Source: Amoebidium appalachense (taxonomy: Eukaryota > Protista > Ichthyosporea). From it: a stretch of 64,000 bases of DNA. Below, piece by piece: positions 30,101 through 63,842 of this stretch. A program made the position numbers and the translations under genes. The stretch lies in contig CAVNZM010000002.1 in the NCBI GenBank assembly GCA_963693365.1, positions 4,976,259 through 5,040,258 on the forward strand. The letters run 5' to 3'. Positions within the stretch are counted from its first letter, which is position 1; each line of letters opens with the position of its first letter. Below the pieces are notes generated by a model. That model was not told where the DNA came from and searched no databases. It was given only the letters and a program-made list of their open reading frames with translations.

Positions 30101-33099
30101 CTTTTGGACTCACCAACGCCCCCGCTTTCTACCAACGGCTCATGAATATTGTGCTGCACGGCCTCACGTGGAAATGTGCCGCTGTGTACTTAGATGATAT
30201 CATCATATACAGCAAAACCTTCGACGAACACATGGAACACATCAAGCTAGTGTTCGACCGCCTTGCTACCAACGGTGTACGCCTTAACCTTGAGAAGTGT
30301 GCATGGGCACTTTCCCAGGTCGTGTACCTGGGCCACCTAGTTTCTGGCTATGGCGTGCGAGCCGATCCACAAAAACTCACAGCAGTGAAAACCTGGCCCA
30401 CACCGACTTCTGTGAAAGATATCCAAACATTCATTGGCTTTGTCAACCACTATCGCCGCCTCATACCACACTTATCACAAACCGCTGCCCCTATCCGTGC
30501 CCTGATGATTAAAGGCACAGCATGGAATTGGACACCAGAATGCGCCACAGCGTTTGAAGCACTCAAACAAGCACTCGTGTCAGACCCGATTGTTGCTCAC
30601 CCGAACTTCGATCTACCCTTTTATATCGCGTGTGACGGTTGCACCCGCGGTATCGGTGCTGTGCTATATCAGATACACGACGATGGCATGGAGCACCCTA
30701 TTGCCTACACAAGCCGCGCTTTGCACGGAGCAGAAAAGAACTATGCCCCCACGGAGCTTGAGTGCCTTGCGGTTCTACATGCAATTCAGCAATTTCGCCC
30801 GTACGTGTACGGCCAACGCTTCACTGTCATCACTGACCACAACGCTCTGCGTTACCTCATGACAAAAGAGGAGCCAGCTGGCCGCCTTGCACGCTGGGCA
30901 CTGCAGCTGACAGACTACGATTTTGACATTGTACACCGACCAGGCCGCCTGCACGTTGTACCTGATGCGCTGTCACGCCAACCTCATTACCCACCTGCGG
31001 TACCCATCAACCCCCCAATCCCCCCTCAGCCCCTCCTGCAACACACCACACCCATCCCACCTGGCCCTCAGCAATCGGTGATTGCTGCAACCCAACCGGC
31101 ACCTCCATCCTCCCCGACCATACCACCCGCACCACCAAACTCGCCCGCCCTCCCTCGAGCACCGAGGCCACCCGAGGATGTGATTTGGCCGGAACCAGAT
31201 CTCCCCGACGCAACCCCAACCGCTGATCCTGATCTTGTACCGACTGCCACACGCTCTCATTATGACCGACCGGTTCACCCGACACGAGGACATATTATTG
31301 CCGCTATCATACCCTCTTACACTATCATCGACCCCACCGCACTTAAGGAAGCACAACAGCTTGATCCGGAGATTAAGCCAATTATCGACTACCTTGTACA
31401 TGATATCCTGCCACTGGATAACGAGCAATTAGCCCGGCGGCTAGTGCTTGAACGCGACCAATATGTGTACGAGAATGAAACACTTTACAAAATCAACATC
31501 CCCACCCGCCCTGGCTATAAGAACAAAATTCAATTCCGCATTGTGATACCAAAAGGTTTCAAAAAGCAGGCCCTGCAGGCATGCCACGACGATGTCTTTG
31601 GTGGTCACTTAGGCTTTTCAAAAACCTACCAGAAGTTGTGTGAACGCTTCTATTGGCCAAGTATGTACGCTGATGCCAAACACTATGTCGCGTCCTGCAA
31701 CACCTGCCACAGCGCCAGACGGCCGCGTGTAAACCCTCATGCCCCCTTTCAGTCACGCCTGCCCGCTCAACCTTTTGAGGAGATATCCATAGACCTCCTC
31801 ATTCCCGCCATAGCCTCCTTCAACGGTAACAAATACATTCTCGTTGTGATTGATAATTTGACCTGCTACGCGGAAGCATGTGCACTCCCCTCAAAAGCAG
31901 CCGATGTTATTGCCCGGTGCCTCATTGACAACGTGTTCTGCCGCTATGGTTTTCCGAAGCGCATACTTTGCGACGCCGAGAGGATTCTCACAGGCGAGGT
32001 TATGACTGATGTCTGCCGTATTCTGAATATTGACCGAATTGTGCTGCCCCCATATCACCATGCATCTAACGGCCTGGTAGAAAAGCTAAACAGGGACATT
32101 ATCGATATTCTGAAGATGTATGTGTCCTCACATCAGGCTGACTGGGATATATACCTACCCACTTCCCTCTTTGCTCTGCGCACATCACTTAATGCCAGCC
32201 GTGGTAACACACCCGCGTTCCTCCTTTATGGCTTCGATCCCCGCCTACCCACGGATCTCCCCTTTCACCATCCTGACGCTGAACGCCTTACCGAGCAAAC
32301 ATACATGGAGCAAATGCTAACCAACTTGCATTACGCTCGGGCGCAAGCACAAGAGACCTTGCGTGAAAGCCGTGCGAAACAAAAAGAGCATGCTGACCGC
32401 ACACGCACAAAACCACCCCGTCTCTACACGCCTGGCACACGCGTATGGGTGTTCACCCCAACCACAAAGCAATATCGCTCAGGGAAGCTCACACACCACT
32501 GGCAAGGTCCATACCGTGTCGGCCGCGTCTGGCCCGGTACCACCCATGCATACCAACTGATGACTCCTCGAGGTAAAGCAACGGCCTACCCGGTACACCA
32601 CGATCGCCTCAAACCGTACATCGATCGCCCCTCCCGCCCGTTAGACGATACCTTGCCAGCCGAGCCTTCCATTCCCAGGCAAGCTGACCCAGATGCCGCC
32701 CCACATGTGCACCAAGCACAGGCCGAAGCTGTGCGCATAGAAGCCGCCGCGTATGCTCAACCCCTTGACGAGCCTGATCTACCGGAAGACACACAATTCC
32801 GCCCTGCCACCCCTCCACCTATGCCTCCACCCCCGCCTCCGCCCTCATCCCCAACCCGCACGCCACCACCTACCCCGCCCCGTACACGAAAGCGACACCG
32901 CCGGACCGAGAGATCACCATCACCGCCTCCCGCCCCGCCACCACCATCCTGGCAGGCACCCGACGGCCACATAAATGCGCCATACCAATTCACCTGGCTT
33001 GCACCAGGTAGAGCCCGAGCCCCCAATGGTGACCACTACTACCTCCACAAAGACAGACACACCGGCCAGTCGATCTGGCTACTACAAAAGTACCAGTGA
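27075..33099 (+). CDS. pol: Gypsy Pol: aspartic protease, dUTPase-like spacer, RT, RNase H, integrase; split by a TRIM and a frameshift near 29860
   Basis: Protease ACADSGS; RT LDARSGYWQ, MPFGLTNAP, VYLDDII; RNase H ACDGCTRGIGAVL, ELECLAV, TDH; integrase HHCC finger, D-D-E core (SIDL, CDAE, GLVEKLN) and GPY motif. Removing 28041-28708 restores GIPLS|LSDPEP in frame. Confidence 0.93.
28120..28192 (+). tRNA. tRNA-like 73-nt cloverleaf (GGA at the anticodon position, short variable loop) in the TRIM 5' LTR
   Basis: Acceptor GATCTCG/CGGGATC plus discriminator A; D arm GCTC-AGTTGGTA-GAGC (A box); anticodon arm CTCGA-CCGGAGA-TAGAG; T arm GCGGG-TTCAAAT-CCCGT (B box); T7 run at 28195-28201. Confidence 0.8.
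28492..28564 (+). tRNA. Second, identical tRNA-like copy in the TRIM 3' LTR
   Basis: Same sequence as 28120-28192, offset by 372 bp, followed by T7. Confidence 0.8.
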
Positions 33100-33180
33100 C
33101 CGCCTGGACTAAGTTAACTTACCACAAAACTGATACCTCGTGACCGGATGCCGCTGAGTAAGGTAAAACACACACACACG

Positions 33181-33225
<45 letters not shown>

Positions 33226-34218
33226 TGTACACGCACACTGCCACACACACGCACACAGGCACACACACTGGCACATACCGCACACCACATGCACCCGCAC
33301 TCTTGACACATGCACTCAGTCGCACGTGCCCTTTAGATCTAGACTTAGTGTGTGTATAGCCGCAGCAAAAATGTATATTTAAAATGGCATGTAATGTATA
33401 TGATGGGCCATTATAGGGCGTCCCCTGCTGTGCAGTGTCCTATATTGGAAATGGCTGATGGATTTTGGGACTTTGCCACAGCCACGCGCGACACTCCCCA
33501 TCGGTGTCTCTTAGCAACCCGCTGGCCGGGCGATAGCTTTCTCACCTCTCTGCTTACCTTTTCTTTTCGTTGTCTCTAGGTAGCTCTGCCTACTGTTTTT
33601 GCTTTTGCTTACCCTTGTCTCTTCTGCATGAGCTCGGGGCGAGCTCACCGCCGCCCGGGGGATGTATGAGCGAGATATCCCTTGGATAGTCGGGCCTATA
33701 GACCCCCCTCTCTGATAGACCCCCCTGGCATGCCCCTAGCCTGCCGCACGCATCATGCCAGCTCAGTCTCTCGCTGGCGCTCTCTCGTTCAGGTCTGATC
33801 CTTTCTTGTTACACGTGTCGTAGCTCTCCCACGCGTCCGACAATACAGGCTCACCCACGTTATCACGAGGTCAGTGTCTCTTTGCCTGTCTTGTCTCCTT
33901 TCCGTGCCTGGAGCACGTTGACACACTCGAGTCTGCAGAGCGCTCTGATTGGAGCACCCAAAAACCTATGTGGAATGTGCACATGTCTCCATCATATGCT
34001 GCCATATGTTACGTGGATCGCATGTACCTACATGTCCGGGTGTCACAGCAGTCGTGATACTCGTGCACGAGCTTACACGCTATGTGTATACACGTACACG
34101 CACAGTCACACGCACACCCCCCCCCCCCCCCCCCATATATATGTACACGCACAGTCACACGCACACTCCCCCCCAATCACCCCCCGTCGCCCAACCCCCC
34201 CCCCCCACACACACCCCC

Positions 34219-34249
<31 letters not shown>

Positions 34250-35243
34250 CCACCCACCCACCCCGTCTCCAAACCCCTATTAGGCTACCTCGAGAAGCTC
34301 GGAGAGTAAGTCGTCCCTTTGTGGGGCCGAGTATGGCAATGTGTCACCAGAGAAGACAATATGATGTTGCCAGGCTAACGAGTCGCTTCAGTCGTCGATG
34401 AACGTCAGGATTGTGAACATACGTCTGTGAGTGAGTGAATGCATGTGTGTGTGTGTGTGTGTGTGTGCGCGTGTGCGTGTGTGCGCGTGTGCGTGTGTGC
34501 GTGTGTATGCGTGCGCGCGCGCGCATGTGTGTGCGTGCGCACGCGCGCATGTGTGTGCACGTGTGCCTGCATGCCTGTGCGTGTGTGTGTGGCTCGTGTG
34601 TCACGTATGTGTTTGTGTCTGTGTGTTTGTGTGTGCGTGCGTGTTTGTGCGTGTGCGCGAGCACACACGTCACCAGGTGCACAAGCATTTTATTAATTGC
34701 ACTGAAATGCACTGAAGTTCAATATTAATCATCATTTCCTGCCACGGGGGAGGGGGGGGGGAGGGGGGACTGGTGTGAATGGTGTGAATGGGGAATGGAG
34801 GAGGAGCCGAAGAGTGGGGGGGGGGGGAGGGGGGGGGGGGGGGGGGGGAGTTGGCGGGTAAGCAGCAGCAATCAGTAAGCTGGGGGGGGGGGGGGGGGGG
34901 GGGGGGGGGTGGGGGTGGGGAAGGGGGGGGAGGGGGGAGGGGGGGGGGGGGGGGGGGGGGTCGCAAAAGGAGACTCTACTATGATGGGAAAAAAGGATGC
35001 GGAAGAGAAAGAAGATCAATGTAGGTGGGATCTGTGTGTGCACGACCGTGTGGGTGTGGGTGAATGTCTCTCTCCCACTCACCCTCTTCCTCCCACAGAG
35101 TCCGATTCCCTCTCTTTCTGTTTGTCTCTCTCTCTATATCCCCCCCCCCCCCCCCCCCCCCCGCCCCTCTTCCGCCAACCTCCTCTCTCTCTCTCTTTGT
35201 CTCTCTCTCTCTCTCCATCCTCTCCGTCCCTCCCTCCCTCGAG

Positions 35244-35292
<49 letters not shown>

Positions 35293-35295
35293 CCT

Positions 35296-35360
<65 letters not shown>

Positions 35361-35367
35361 CCCCCTC

Positions 35368-35402
<35 letters not shown>

Positions 35403-35959
35403 TGGTAGCTTGAGTTGCTGGATTGTTTATTCTGGCCCCCGGGGCCTGCTTATATACCTTTGGCTGACATTCGAGATTGATCCTGATTGGTAAATCTAAT
35501 TCTAATGACGTCAATACTTGACTATCTACCAATCGTATTAATGCATCGAATGTTCTAGATCTGTCTCGATCTACCGTGAATATCCCTGAATATACAAGAT
35601 ATCACCTATGACTAGTATTAGTATACACTTATCTATGCATTATTCTATCATTAATACCGAGTACACAGGGCGTGACTATTCTATTATCTATGGATTCTGA
35701 CACCCCCATTTGCACTGTGTACGAATCAATATACTCTAACGTAATTCCCTGTCGCGAATATATTCTAAGTGTATTCTCTATTGCATGAATATTCATGTCT
35801 ACACTACACACACGGTTGACTAAGTCAGATGAGGCAAGGCCCCCCAATCCTACATCTGTACGACATCTAGCTAAGTCCTAGGCAAATAGTTAATGTTGTA
35901 TAGGGCCACCTAGTAGCTGTCCTTCGTGTGGTATTCTCACGAGTGAGGCTGGTTCTCAC

Positions 35960-38900
35960 TCCGCCATGCTGATGCCCTGCCGATGCATGACTATCCTGTT
36001 CCGTCCTAGTGCGTTGGTGCACATGTCGGCAACGTTGCTGTTGATGCTGCATGCAATAAACGAGTTCCACATCCCCATTCTCGATGCATTCTCTCATATG
36101 ATGATGCTCGTCATCTATCAGCTCTGTTCTGTGTTGGAATGCAGGGTTGTTGGCTATCTCGATACACGCCCTGTTGTCGGCGTAAATGACCATGGGTTCC
36201 TTTGCGTTGTAACTTGGCCAAGACTTGCAGCAGATGTCTTAACCACTTTACTTTCTTTAATGCTTGACACGTTGCCACATACTCTGCCTCTGTTGATGAC
36301 AGTGTGACGGCTGTTTGTTGCTTGCTGCTCCAGCTAATGGCTACGCCGTTGGCCTTGAAGATAAATCCACTTGTCGATCTCCTGTTGTCGACATTGCCGG
36401 CGTAGTCGCTGTCAGTGAATCCCACCACTGACAAATCGTTGCTGCTGCCTGCCCGGTAGGTGAAGCCGTAGCTGGCTGTTCCCTTTAGGTGACGGAGCAG
36501 ATGTTTAAGTGCCTTCCAATGTTGTCTCCCTGGGTCGCTCGTGAACTTGACCAGTGCCCCCACTGCTTGGGCTATGTCTGGTCTTGTCTCCACCATCGCG
36601 TACATAACTGAGCCGATGACGCTGGCGTATGGCACTGCTCTCATGTCGTTTCTCTCCTCCTCTGTTGCTGGCCATGGACACATGCTTCGACTTAGCACAC
36701 ATCCTTCCGGTAGAGGTGTTGACTTGGCTTGGCAATCTGTCATTCCGTACCGTTGCAGCACATTCTTGATGTAGCTCTCTTGTGACAGTTTAATGTCACC
36801 GGTGGTTGGGTCACGGGCTGCTTGCACTCCGAGTAGTAGACGTGGTTCGCCGTTCACTTTGATGCTGGAGTACCTGCTGAGCTCTGCAACAAATTCGTCC
36901 ACTAGCTGCTGATTTGTTACTGCTACTATCGTGTCGTCCACATGTACTGCTACCGCCGTCTTACTGCCGTTATTCTCCTTGATGTAGATATACTGGTCGG
37001 AGCTGCACCTTGTGAAGCGACTGGCAATCATAGCCTCATTCATCCTGATATCAAGTTCCATGCTCGTGCAGATTGCTTGTAGATCTCCTCGGTGATATCC
37101 CCGTTGGGTGAAGTTGTCTCGAGATTCATCTGCACTATTTTCAGTCTTTCCGCTGCTGCTATCGCCAACAGCAGCCTGAAGCTTGTAAATCTTGTCCCTG
37201 GGGCAAACGTTTGGGCATAGTCTATTCCCTCTTTCCACTCATCTCCGTCCGGCCGAGCCAGTGCCTCCTGCACTGTGATGGGGTCGTTCTCGTCTGCCTG
37301 CTCTATGGCCAAGCAATCACTCTCTGCTCTGATGCCCTCAATTCCCCCCACTCCTTGTCTGATTCGTCGTCTGCTGCGAATTCTGCAAAGGTGGGTACTT
37401 CGACGATCGTGTCGTCCGCGCTCTCACTGGCGCTGTCGTGGCCCCCGGCACTGGCATCCAGATTGGAATTCAGAATTGTGCAAGTCTTGCTACCGATTGG
37501 CTCCCTGGAATTCTGGATCTGCCGATCTCTGATTGGCTGCTTCTCCATGTCTTCTGCATACCGTCGTAGATCCTTCTGCTCGCCCTCTCGCTCGATGTCG
37601 GCGGTGATTATACTAACACTCTCGGACTTGGATATGGGCATAACGGTGAGTTGGTATAGGCCGTCCTCCTCTATGCCCACCATCCTATCCACACCGGTGC
37701 TGTCCTAGACTGCACAAGTGCCGTTGCCTCTGATGCTCACGCAGAGGCCTCCCTTCCTGGCCTTTGAGTCCCAAACTCAGGCCGGGGTGAACAACACATT
37801 CTCCAAGGCGAAGACGTCTTCCTCTCCCTTGACACATGCAGTCAACGTGACACTGCCTATGCCTGATGCGAGGATGGTGCTCTCGGGTTACCCAAGATGA
37901 TGTCCCGAGGTGTCATAGGGGGGAATGTCGAAAACCATTCCCTCCGACAGCACATGTGTGATGTTGCTCCACTGTCCAGGTACCATGTGCACTCCTCTGG
38001 TAAGGCTCTGTCCTTTGGCCTTGCCGTTCCCGGTGGGCCCACTACTTGCTGCCACCGGCACCACCTAGACCACCACCCGGGCCATCTTAGGAAAAACCAC
38101 AGTAGAGTCAGTCCTTTTTCTTTTCAAAAATTTGGCACCCACGGAACACAACACTCCCCCCACCACCCCAAAATGCAAAAACACCACCATATACCCACCA
38201 CCCGTAGAAAGAAAAGCATGGCTCCCCAAAAACCCAAGACACCAACAAATACACCCCCCACACACACCCGGCCGGCCTGTTCTGACTGCCGGAACACACA
38301 CAGACCCGGTGTGCCCTGTAAAACCCACCTTTTAGTCCACAAAAACATCGCCACAACATACGTACAACAACACATAATGTTAGGCAGCAACCCCCCACCA
38401 CCACCACCACCGCACCCCATCATCCACCCATACCCACCGTAAACACTATACACAACACCTAGGACTTCCCAAAACTGTAGATCGACCAATGAGAGCCCTC
38501 GGTTGACGTTTATTGCTAGGTTTTGAATGGAGGGGAGGACTGGAGCCTCCTGCCGGCGTGGCTGGGGTAGTAGCCCTGGGCAAAGTGTGTACTTATAGTT
38601 AGGTTGTGAAGGATGGTTTAGCTAGCTGAACTCACAGATAGCACCTTAACTAGTGTACTGTCGGTGCTGTGTGGTAGACGGTAGTTTCCCTAGAGGGCCT
38701 GAAAAGGCCCTCCGGGAACAAAACGTGATTAAAAAAATAAAATAAAAATGGCCTTGCCGTTCCCGCCATGAAGACCATCGGTTATCTATCGTAGTTATCG
38801 TTGCGCTGGGGCTGTAGCTTCTTGCCGTTGATGTGTCTCTTGGACCGGCACTCATTCGCTTTGTGGCCAATCTTGCCACATCTGTAGCACGTCAAGCTCT

Positions 38901-39450
38901 TGGGCTTGTCACTATCTTCCGCAGGCTGCCGTGGCTGCTGCGCCGGTTGACGGCTCCTTGCCAGCATGGCGTTTTTCGCCTGGTTCAGTTCTCTCTGCTT
39001 CTCGTGCGCCCGCAGTCTGGAGAGGACTCCTGCCATTGTCTGCTCTGATTTCGGCAGTGCACTGATCATCATGCAGATCTGGTCGTATCGAGGGTCTGAC
39101 CGTACACCTTGCAGGAGCTGCTGCGCCACTAGCTCATCTGGCGCATACTCACGTTTTATCTCAGGCGCGTAGTTGCTGCGCGATACCCTCCAGCCTTGAA
39201 GCGAAATCTAACACCCTTCTCAGTGGGCTTAATCTTGGCCTGGCTGGATTCGGCTGTCAGCAGGCTTCAGTTCGCATCTGACTTTTCTGCGTTTTTCTCA
39301 GCTATCTTTTCCCAAAGGGCTTGGGGATCCCCAGCGTTGATAGCTGACATGAAGAGCATCACCTGTGTGTTGCTCAGCGCACCGACGATGTACAGTACCG
39401 TCCCCCTTCCCCCTTTGAACCCCCTGTTTCATTACCCATAATTTCTCTTC
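35960..39450 (-). mobile_element. Decayed Ty1/copia retrotransposon interior (gag, PR, partial RT, RNase H; integrase core deleted; LTRs not found)
   Basis: CCHC knuckle CYRCGKIGHKANEC; protease WYLDSGATSHMC; GIDYAQTFAP; AVHVDD; TRPDIAQAVG; GFTDSDYAG...STSG, SSTEAEY; IYADNRACI. Multiple frameshifts, stops and deletions. Confidence 0.92.
38033..38748 (+). mobile_element. A-tailed non-LTR retroposon insertion (5'-truncated LINE or SINE) in the copia gag-PR linker
   Basis: 17-bp TSD TGGCCTTGCCGTTCCCG at 38016-38032 and 38749-38765. Tail AAAAAAATAAAATAAAAA directly before the right TSD. Excision restores copia ...MVFMAGTARPKDRALPEECTWYLDSG. Confidence 0.8.
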
Positions 39451-40376
39451 GACTGTTTCGTGGTACAGCTGCAAGGTGATCAGCGTTCCTCCTTTCCCCC
39501 CCCCCCCCCCCCGTGCGTGCGCACACACACCCGTGCGTGCGTGTCGGGCTGTGCACGCGCGCGTGCGTGTGTGTGTCTGGGTGTGTGCACATGTGCGGGT
39601 GTGTGCGTGTCGGACTGTGCGTGTGTGCGCGCGTGTGTTAAAACTTTGTGTTTGTGTATGTGTGTGACTGTATGTACACGTGTACACCGCGGCGTACACG
39701 TGCTTATTAGGGCTTGGAAGAAGCCCTTAAGCTTCAAGTGAATGGGGGGGAGGGGGGGAAAGGAAGAGGCGGGGAGAGGAGGAGGTTGCAGGATCCTAGG
39801 AAACTTTGCACCAGCAAATAAACATCGACGACCGATCTTGTAATCCGTGGACGTTTGTGTAAGTGAGGCCAAATGACCGCAATTCTTTAGTCATTTCGGC
39901 GCTAGATAACATCAACGGCGTTGCCTATATATTTATACCAATCAACTTTTTTCTACCTCCATTTCTTTTTAGTTTTCTTTTTCCTTTCTTTTTTTCTTCA
40001 GTTTTCTGTTCTTCCATTTTTTTTGCAATTGGGAGGGGGGGGGAGGGGGGAGGGGAGGGGGGGGGGGGGGGGGGGGGGGGAGGGAGGGAAGTACGTATAC
40101 CCGATTGCCATATACATGCGCATATGCATATGAGTACTGCACACGTACACACACCGGCCTCTCTGCATGTAATAATGCTGTGCAAAGGTGACAGCGTTCA
40201 AAAAGGAGCAAGGTTGTACGTGTGTTTTCCTGTGTGTGTGTACATGTGTACGTGCGTGTTCGCACGCGTACCTCAGGTTAGGTGATTGTGAAAATGAGTG
40301 TGTGCTTGTGTGTGTGTGACAAGATGTGTGCACATGTTCACATGCCGCCGGCGTTAGCACGTGTGTGGGGGGACTT

Positions 40377-40411
<35 letters not shown>

Positions 40412-40629
40412 AGACAGGCAGACAGACAGACACAGAGAGGGAGAGAGAGGCAACGGGAGAGAGACGGGGGGAGGGTGGGGGAGACTGAGAGGAAGAGAGA
40501 AAGAAGAGAAGAGAGGGGGTGGGTGGGAGGGGGGCTACGTGGGAGAGAGAGACTAGAGGTGGGAACCGGACGGGGGCCCACTTCGATCGAGTTGGGCTTA
40601 AGTGTGTGTGTGTGTGAACATGTGCGTGC

Positions 40630-40681
<52 letters not shown>

Positions 40682-41726
40682 GAGGGGGAGGGGGGGGGTT
40701 GTTAAGCTCGAACGACCGTGGGTGTAGCATTCGGCAAATACACGATAATGCGTCTCAACTTATCATTCATTATAGCATCACCATGAAAATCACAGTAAGT
40801 ACAGGCGTGGATATACATAAACTTCCATTGACACTATGTATTTGAGGAAAACCAGAGTGAAACGTTCATAATCACATATTTCCTGTCTCGTTGTTCGCAA
40901 ACATGTACATTGACACTAGGTAACATCTGAGATTCAGAGCCTCAAAAATACCGGAAAAATCGACCAAAAATCCCTCTGACATCAGATATATTTTTATGTA
41001 CAAACCGTCTACTATGTCCAAGTATATATTTTTGCTTCTAATTTAGGGCATATGCCTGTTCACTCTTCACACATGCACGACATACATACTAACAGCCACT
41101 ATAGCTCACATGCAAATAGCTACTCCAGGGAGACAGCAGTTTAACGGAAACAGAGAAACCAGAGACACACAAGTAAAACCCCCTACGGACCACCCTTGCA
41201 TTCTCGTTCACATTCATCATCAGACGGGAAACACATCAACCGACAGAAACTGTATCATGCGCAAATTATCAAACAGAAAGGTCCTAGAATCCCCCCCCCC
41301 CCCCCCCCCCTCCCCCCTCCCCCCCCCCCCCCCTCCCCCCCCCCCCCTCCCCCCCTCCCCCTCCCCCCCCCCCCCCCCCCCCCCCCCACACACACACCAC
41401 CACCACCACCACCACCACACCCACAACCACACGCACACACAAAAAAAAAGAAAGAAAAATGAAAAGGGCAAATGAAAAAAGAAAAAAGGAAAGAAAGCCC
41501 CACCCATATTGTTTCCATGCATCTACAAAAAGCCACCATTCTTTCATAGAATTAATAAGCACCACCCACACGACACCAACACCATAAACATTTGAACACA
41601 CACCTCACAAAATACTTAAAGCACCATATTCCTATCTACCATTCTATCGTCTGGGAGGCGAGCCACATTGATGACATTTTTCTGTGCACGATCTTTCATG
41701 CAGCCACGTTTTCTTTAACGACTAAC

Positions 41727-41923
41727 GGTTCAAACCATACTACGTACCAGGTCAGACTAGCAAAATTTAGCCGCCGCCGGCTAAGATTGCTATGGTATAT
41801 GACGTCACACCAATCTACTACCATATTTAGTAGCAAATCGGTAAACGTCACATTCCATAGCAATCTTAGCCGGCGGCGGCTAAATTTTGCTAGTCTGACC
41901 GGGTACGTAGTCTGTTTTGAACC
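41727..41923. repeat. ~197-bp imperfect palindrome (MITE or foldback-like)
   Basis: Arm GGTTCAAACCATACTACGTACCAGGTCAGACTAGCAAAATTTAGCCGCCGCCGGCTAAGATTGCTATGG and its reverse complement flank a partly paired centre. Confidence 0.85.
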
Positions 41924-42002
41924 CTTTCTCCTTAAGCTTTGTTCCCATGTCGACATATCAATCTCGGGAGGTTGACACATTATAATGACGGCTGCTGATT
42001 GG

Positions 42003-62118
<20,116 letters not shown>

Positions 62119-63428
62119 TTTCCTTTTCTAAGGCGCCAAAGCGCCTTTTATCCTTGCAGTTTTTCTTTCTGAGGGAACATGAAACAGTGGCTGCACTGAG
62201 AGATCATCAGAGCTGGACGTGTCTAGGCTTGAGAGAACGTGTGGAAACCCGCTAGCGCAAAAAAAGAATGCACAGGGACTGTGAAAAACTCCGGCGCAAG
62301 CTAATAACTCAAGGTATTTTTTCCCTTGAGGTTGATTCCAAGTGAGTCACCATGTGTGTGTGACAGGGGTGTCATGGGAAAGTGGGAGCTGGTCAGAACA
62401 TTTGTATGTACATGGATGGCATTAGCACAAAATTTGTCGAGTAATAACTTGCTGACTCTGCATTCCTATTGTATTTGGGGTACGCTGTGTTGCTGGTGGC
62501 TTTGAGGGAGCCCTACGCCGAAAACCCTTGTTAAAGCAAACAGCTCACATATAAGCGATCTATAAGGACTCCTTCCGACCACAAAGTTAGGCTGCATACA
62601 AAAAAAAAAATAGGACTCTATTTCACGTGCACTTAAATTACTGGCATAAACTATGGGCTATATATTCCTACTCGGTTCTGCAGCTTCCTTTATATAAAAA
62701 CGTTTAGCTTGAGGAATGAAAGAGCCTCATACAAGCCGTGCCAACCCTTGATAAAGTGAGAACATCATCTCGGATGCCATCAGTGACACGAAAAGTGTAG
62801 GGGCTGTGCGATTAGGTTCCAGACACAGGTATGTGACCCGAAAACTTGATTCGAAACACTTCTTTTGTAGCGTCGGACAATAACGCCTCGACCACAGGTA
62901 TTTGAGTAATGTCACGTTTGTACACTAGTATGCACTGGTGTAGTGCGTTTGATATTGTAGGAGCGCGGAGACAATAAATATGACGGCGTAAAGGTATAAA
63001 TTTATTGAGCGGCGCCACTCTAAAGAGAAAGCCCCATTTTTAATCTAGACAAATGCTCGAGTGAACGGAGCACTATTCGGGCTTGACCCGAGCTTGACCC
63101 AAAATTTTCTCTGAAGGACCCCGAAGACTTCGATCTTCGTTTGAGACCGGCTCACTGAAGTGTGATTTTCTACCAAAAGAAGTTCGTTAGCGAAGATATC
63201 AACACACTCCTTTTTCTACCGTAAGGAGGGAACCGAACTACCGGGCCAAATAGAAGAAGCTTGTTGTCGGGCGTTATCTAGACTTCCTGCTGTAGTTTCA
63301 AAAGCTGTGGTTGTTTGCTTTTTTAAGGCTCACCTCCTTCTCAAGTTTAGGGGTCCCTTTAAAGAGAACAGTTCATCCCCCTCCCCCCCTCCCCCCCCCC
63401 CCCCCCCCGCGCCCCTCACTCTCTCTTC

Positions 63429-63463
<35 letters not shown>

Positions 63464-63779
63464 CCCCCCCCCCCCCTCCTGTCCCCTTCTCTCTCCCCCC
63501 CCCCCCCCCTCCCCTCCTCCTCCTCCTCTCTTACCTCCCCCCACGCTCCCCCCCCCCTTCTTATTCTTTTTTTTTAAAAAATAATAGTGAGCTGGACTCT
63601 TCTTGTCTATGTGGAACGCTCAACAACACTTTAAACCGACCAGGAAAAACTATAGCGAGAAATGATAACTCATAGATTCAGAAAAGGCCAGCCTGAAATT
63701 CAAAGAACATCATCACTGGTCGATAGCTAGTTCCCCTACATTGTGCGTCGCAAAAGCTTACGTAGAAAGAATCACGGAA

Positions 63780-63842
63780 ATGGCCACCAAGAGAACCTCT
63801 CACAAGGAGGCTGTTCGCCAAGCAAAAAGAGAGAAGGAAGAG
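63780..63842 (+). CDS. Possible first coding exon of a divergent gene (MATKRTSHKEAVRQAKREKEE)
   Basis: ATG, charged peptide and GAG|GTAGGC donor. No recognisable homology; the window ends shortly after. Confidence 0.3.

Larger units (their letters stand above)
19521..33925 (+). mobile_element. Full-length Ty3/gypsy LTR retrotransposon, disrupted by two nested insertions
   Basis: 263-bp LTRs 19521-19783 and 33663-33925 (TG...CA, identical by eye). 4-bp TSD CTCG. PBS TGGTAGCAGA at 19784 (tRNA-iMet 3' end). Short G-rich tract before the 3' LTR. Domain order gag-PR-RT-RH-IN. Confidence 0.96.

Noticed and set aside
35400-35960. Candidate 3' LTR of the copia element
   Set aside because: No PPT, no TG..CA pair and no second copy upstream of gag could be found.
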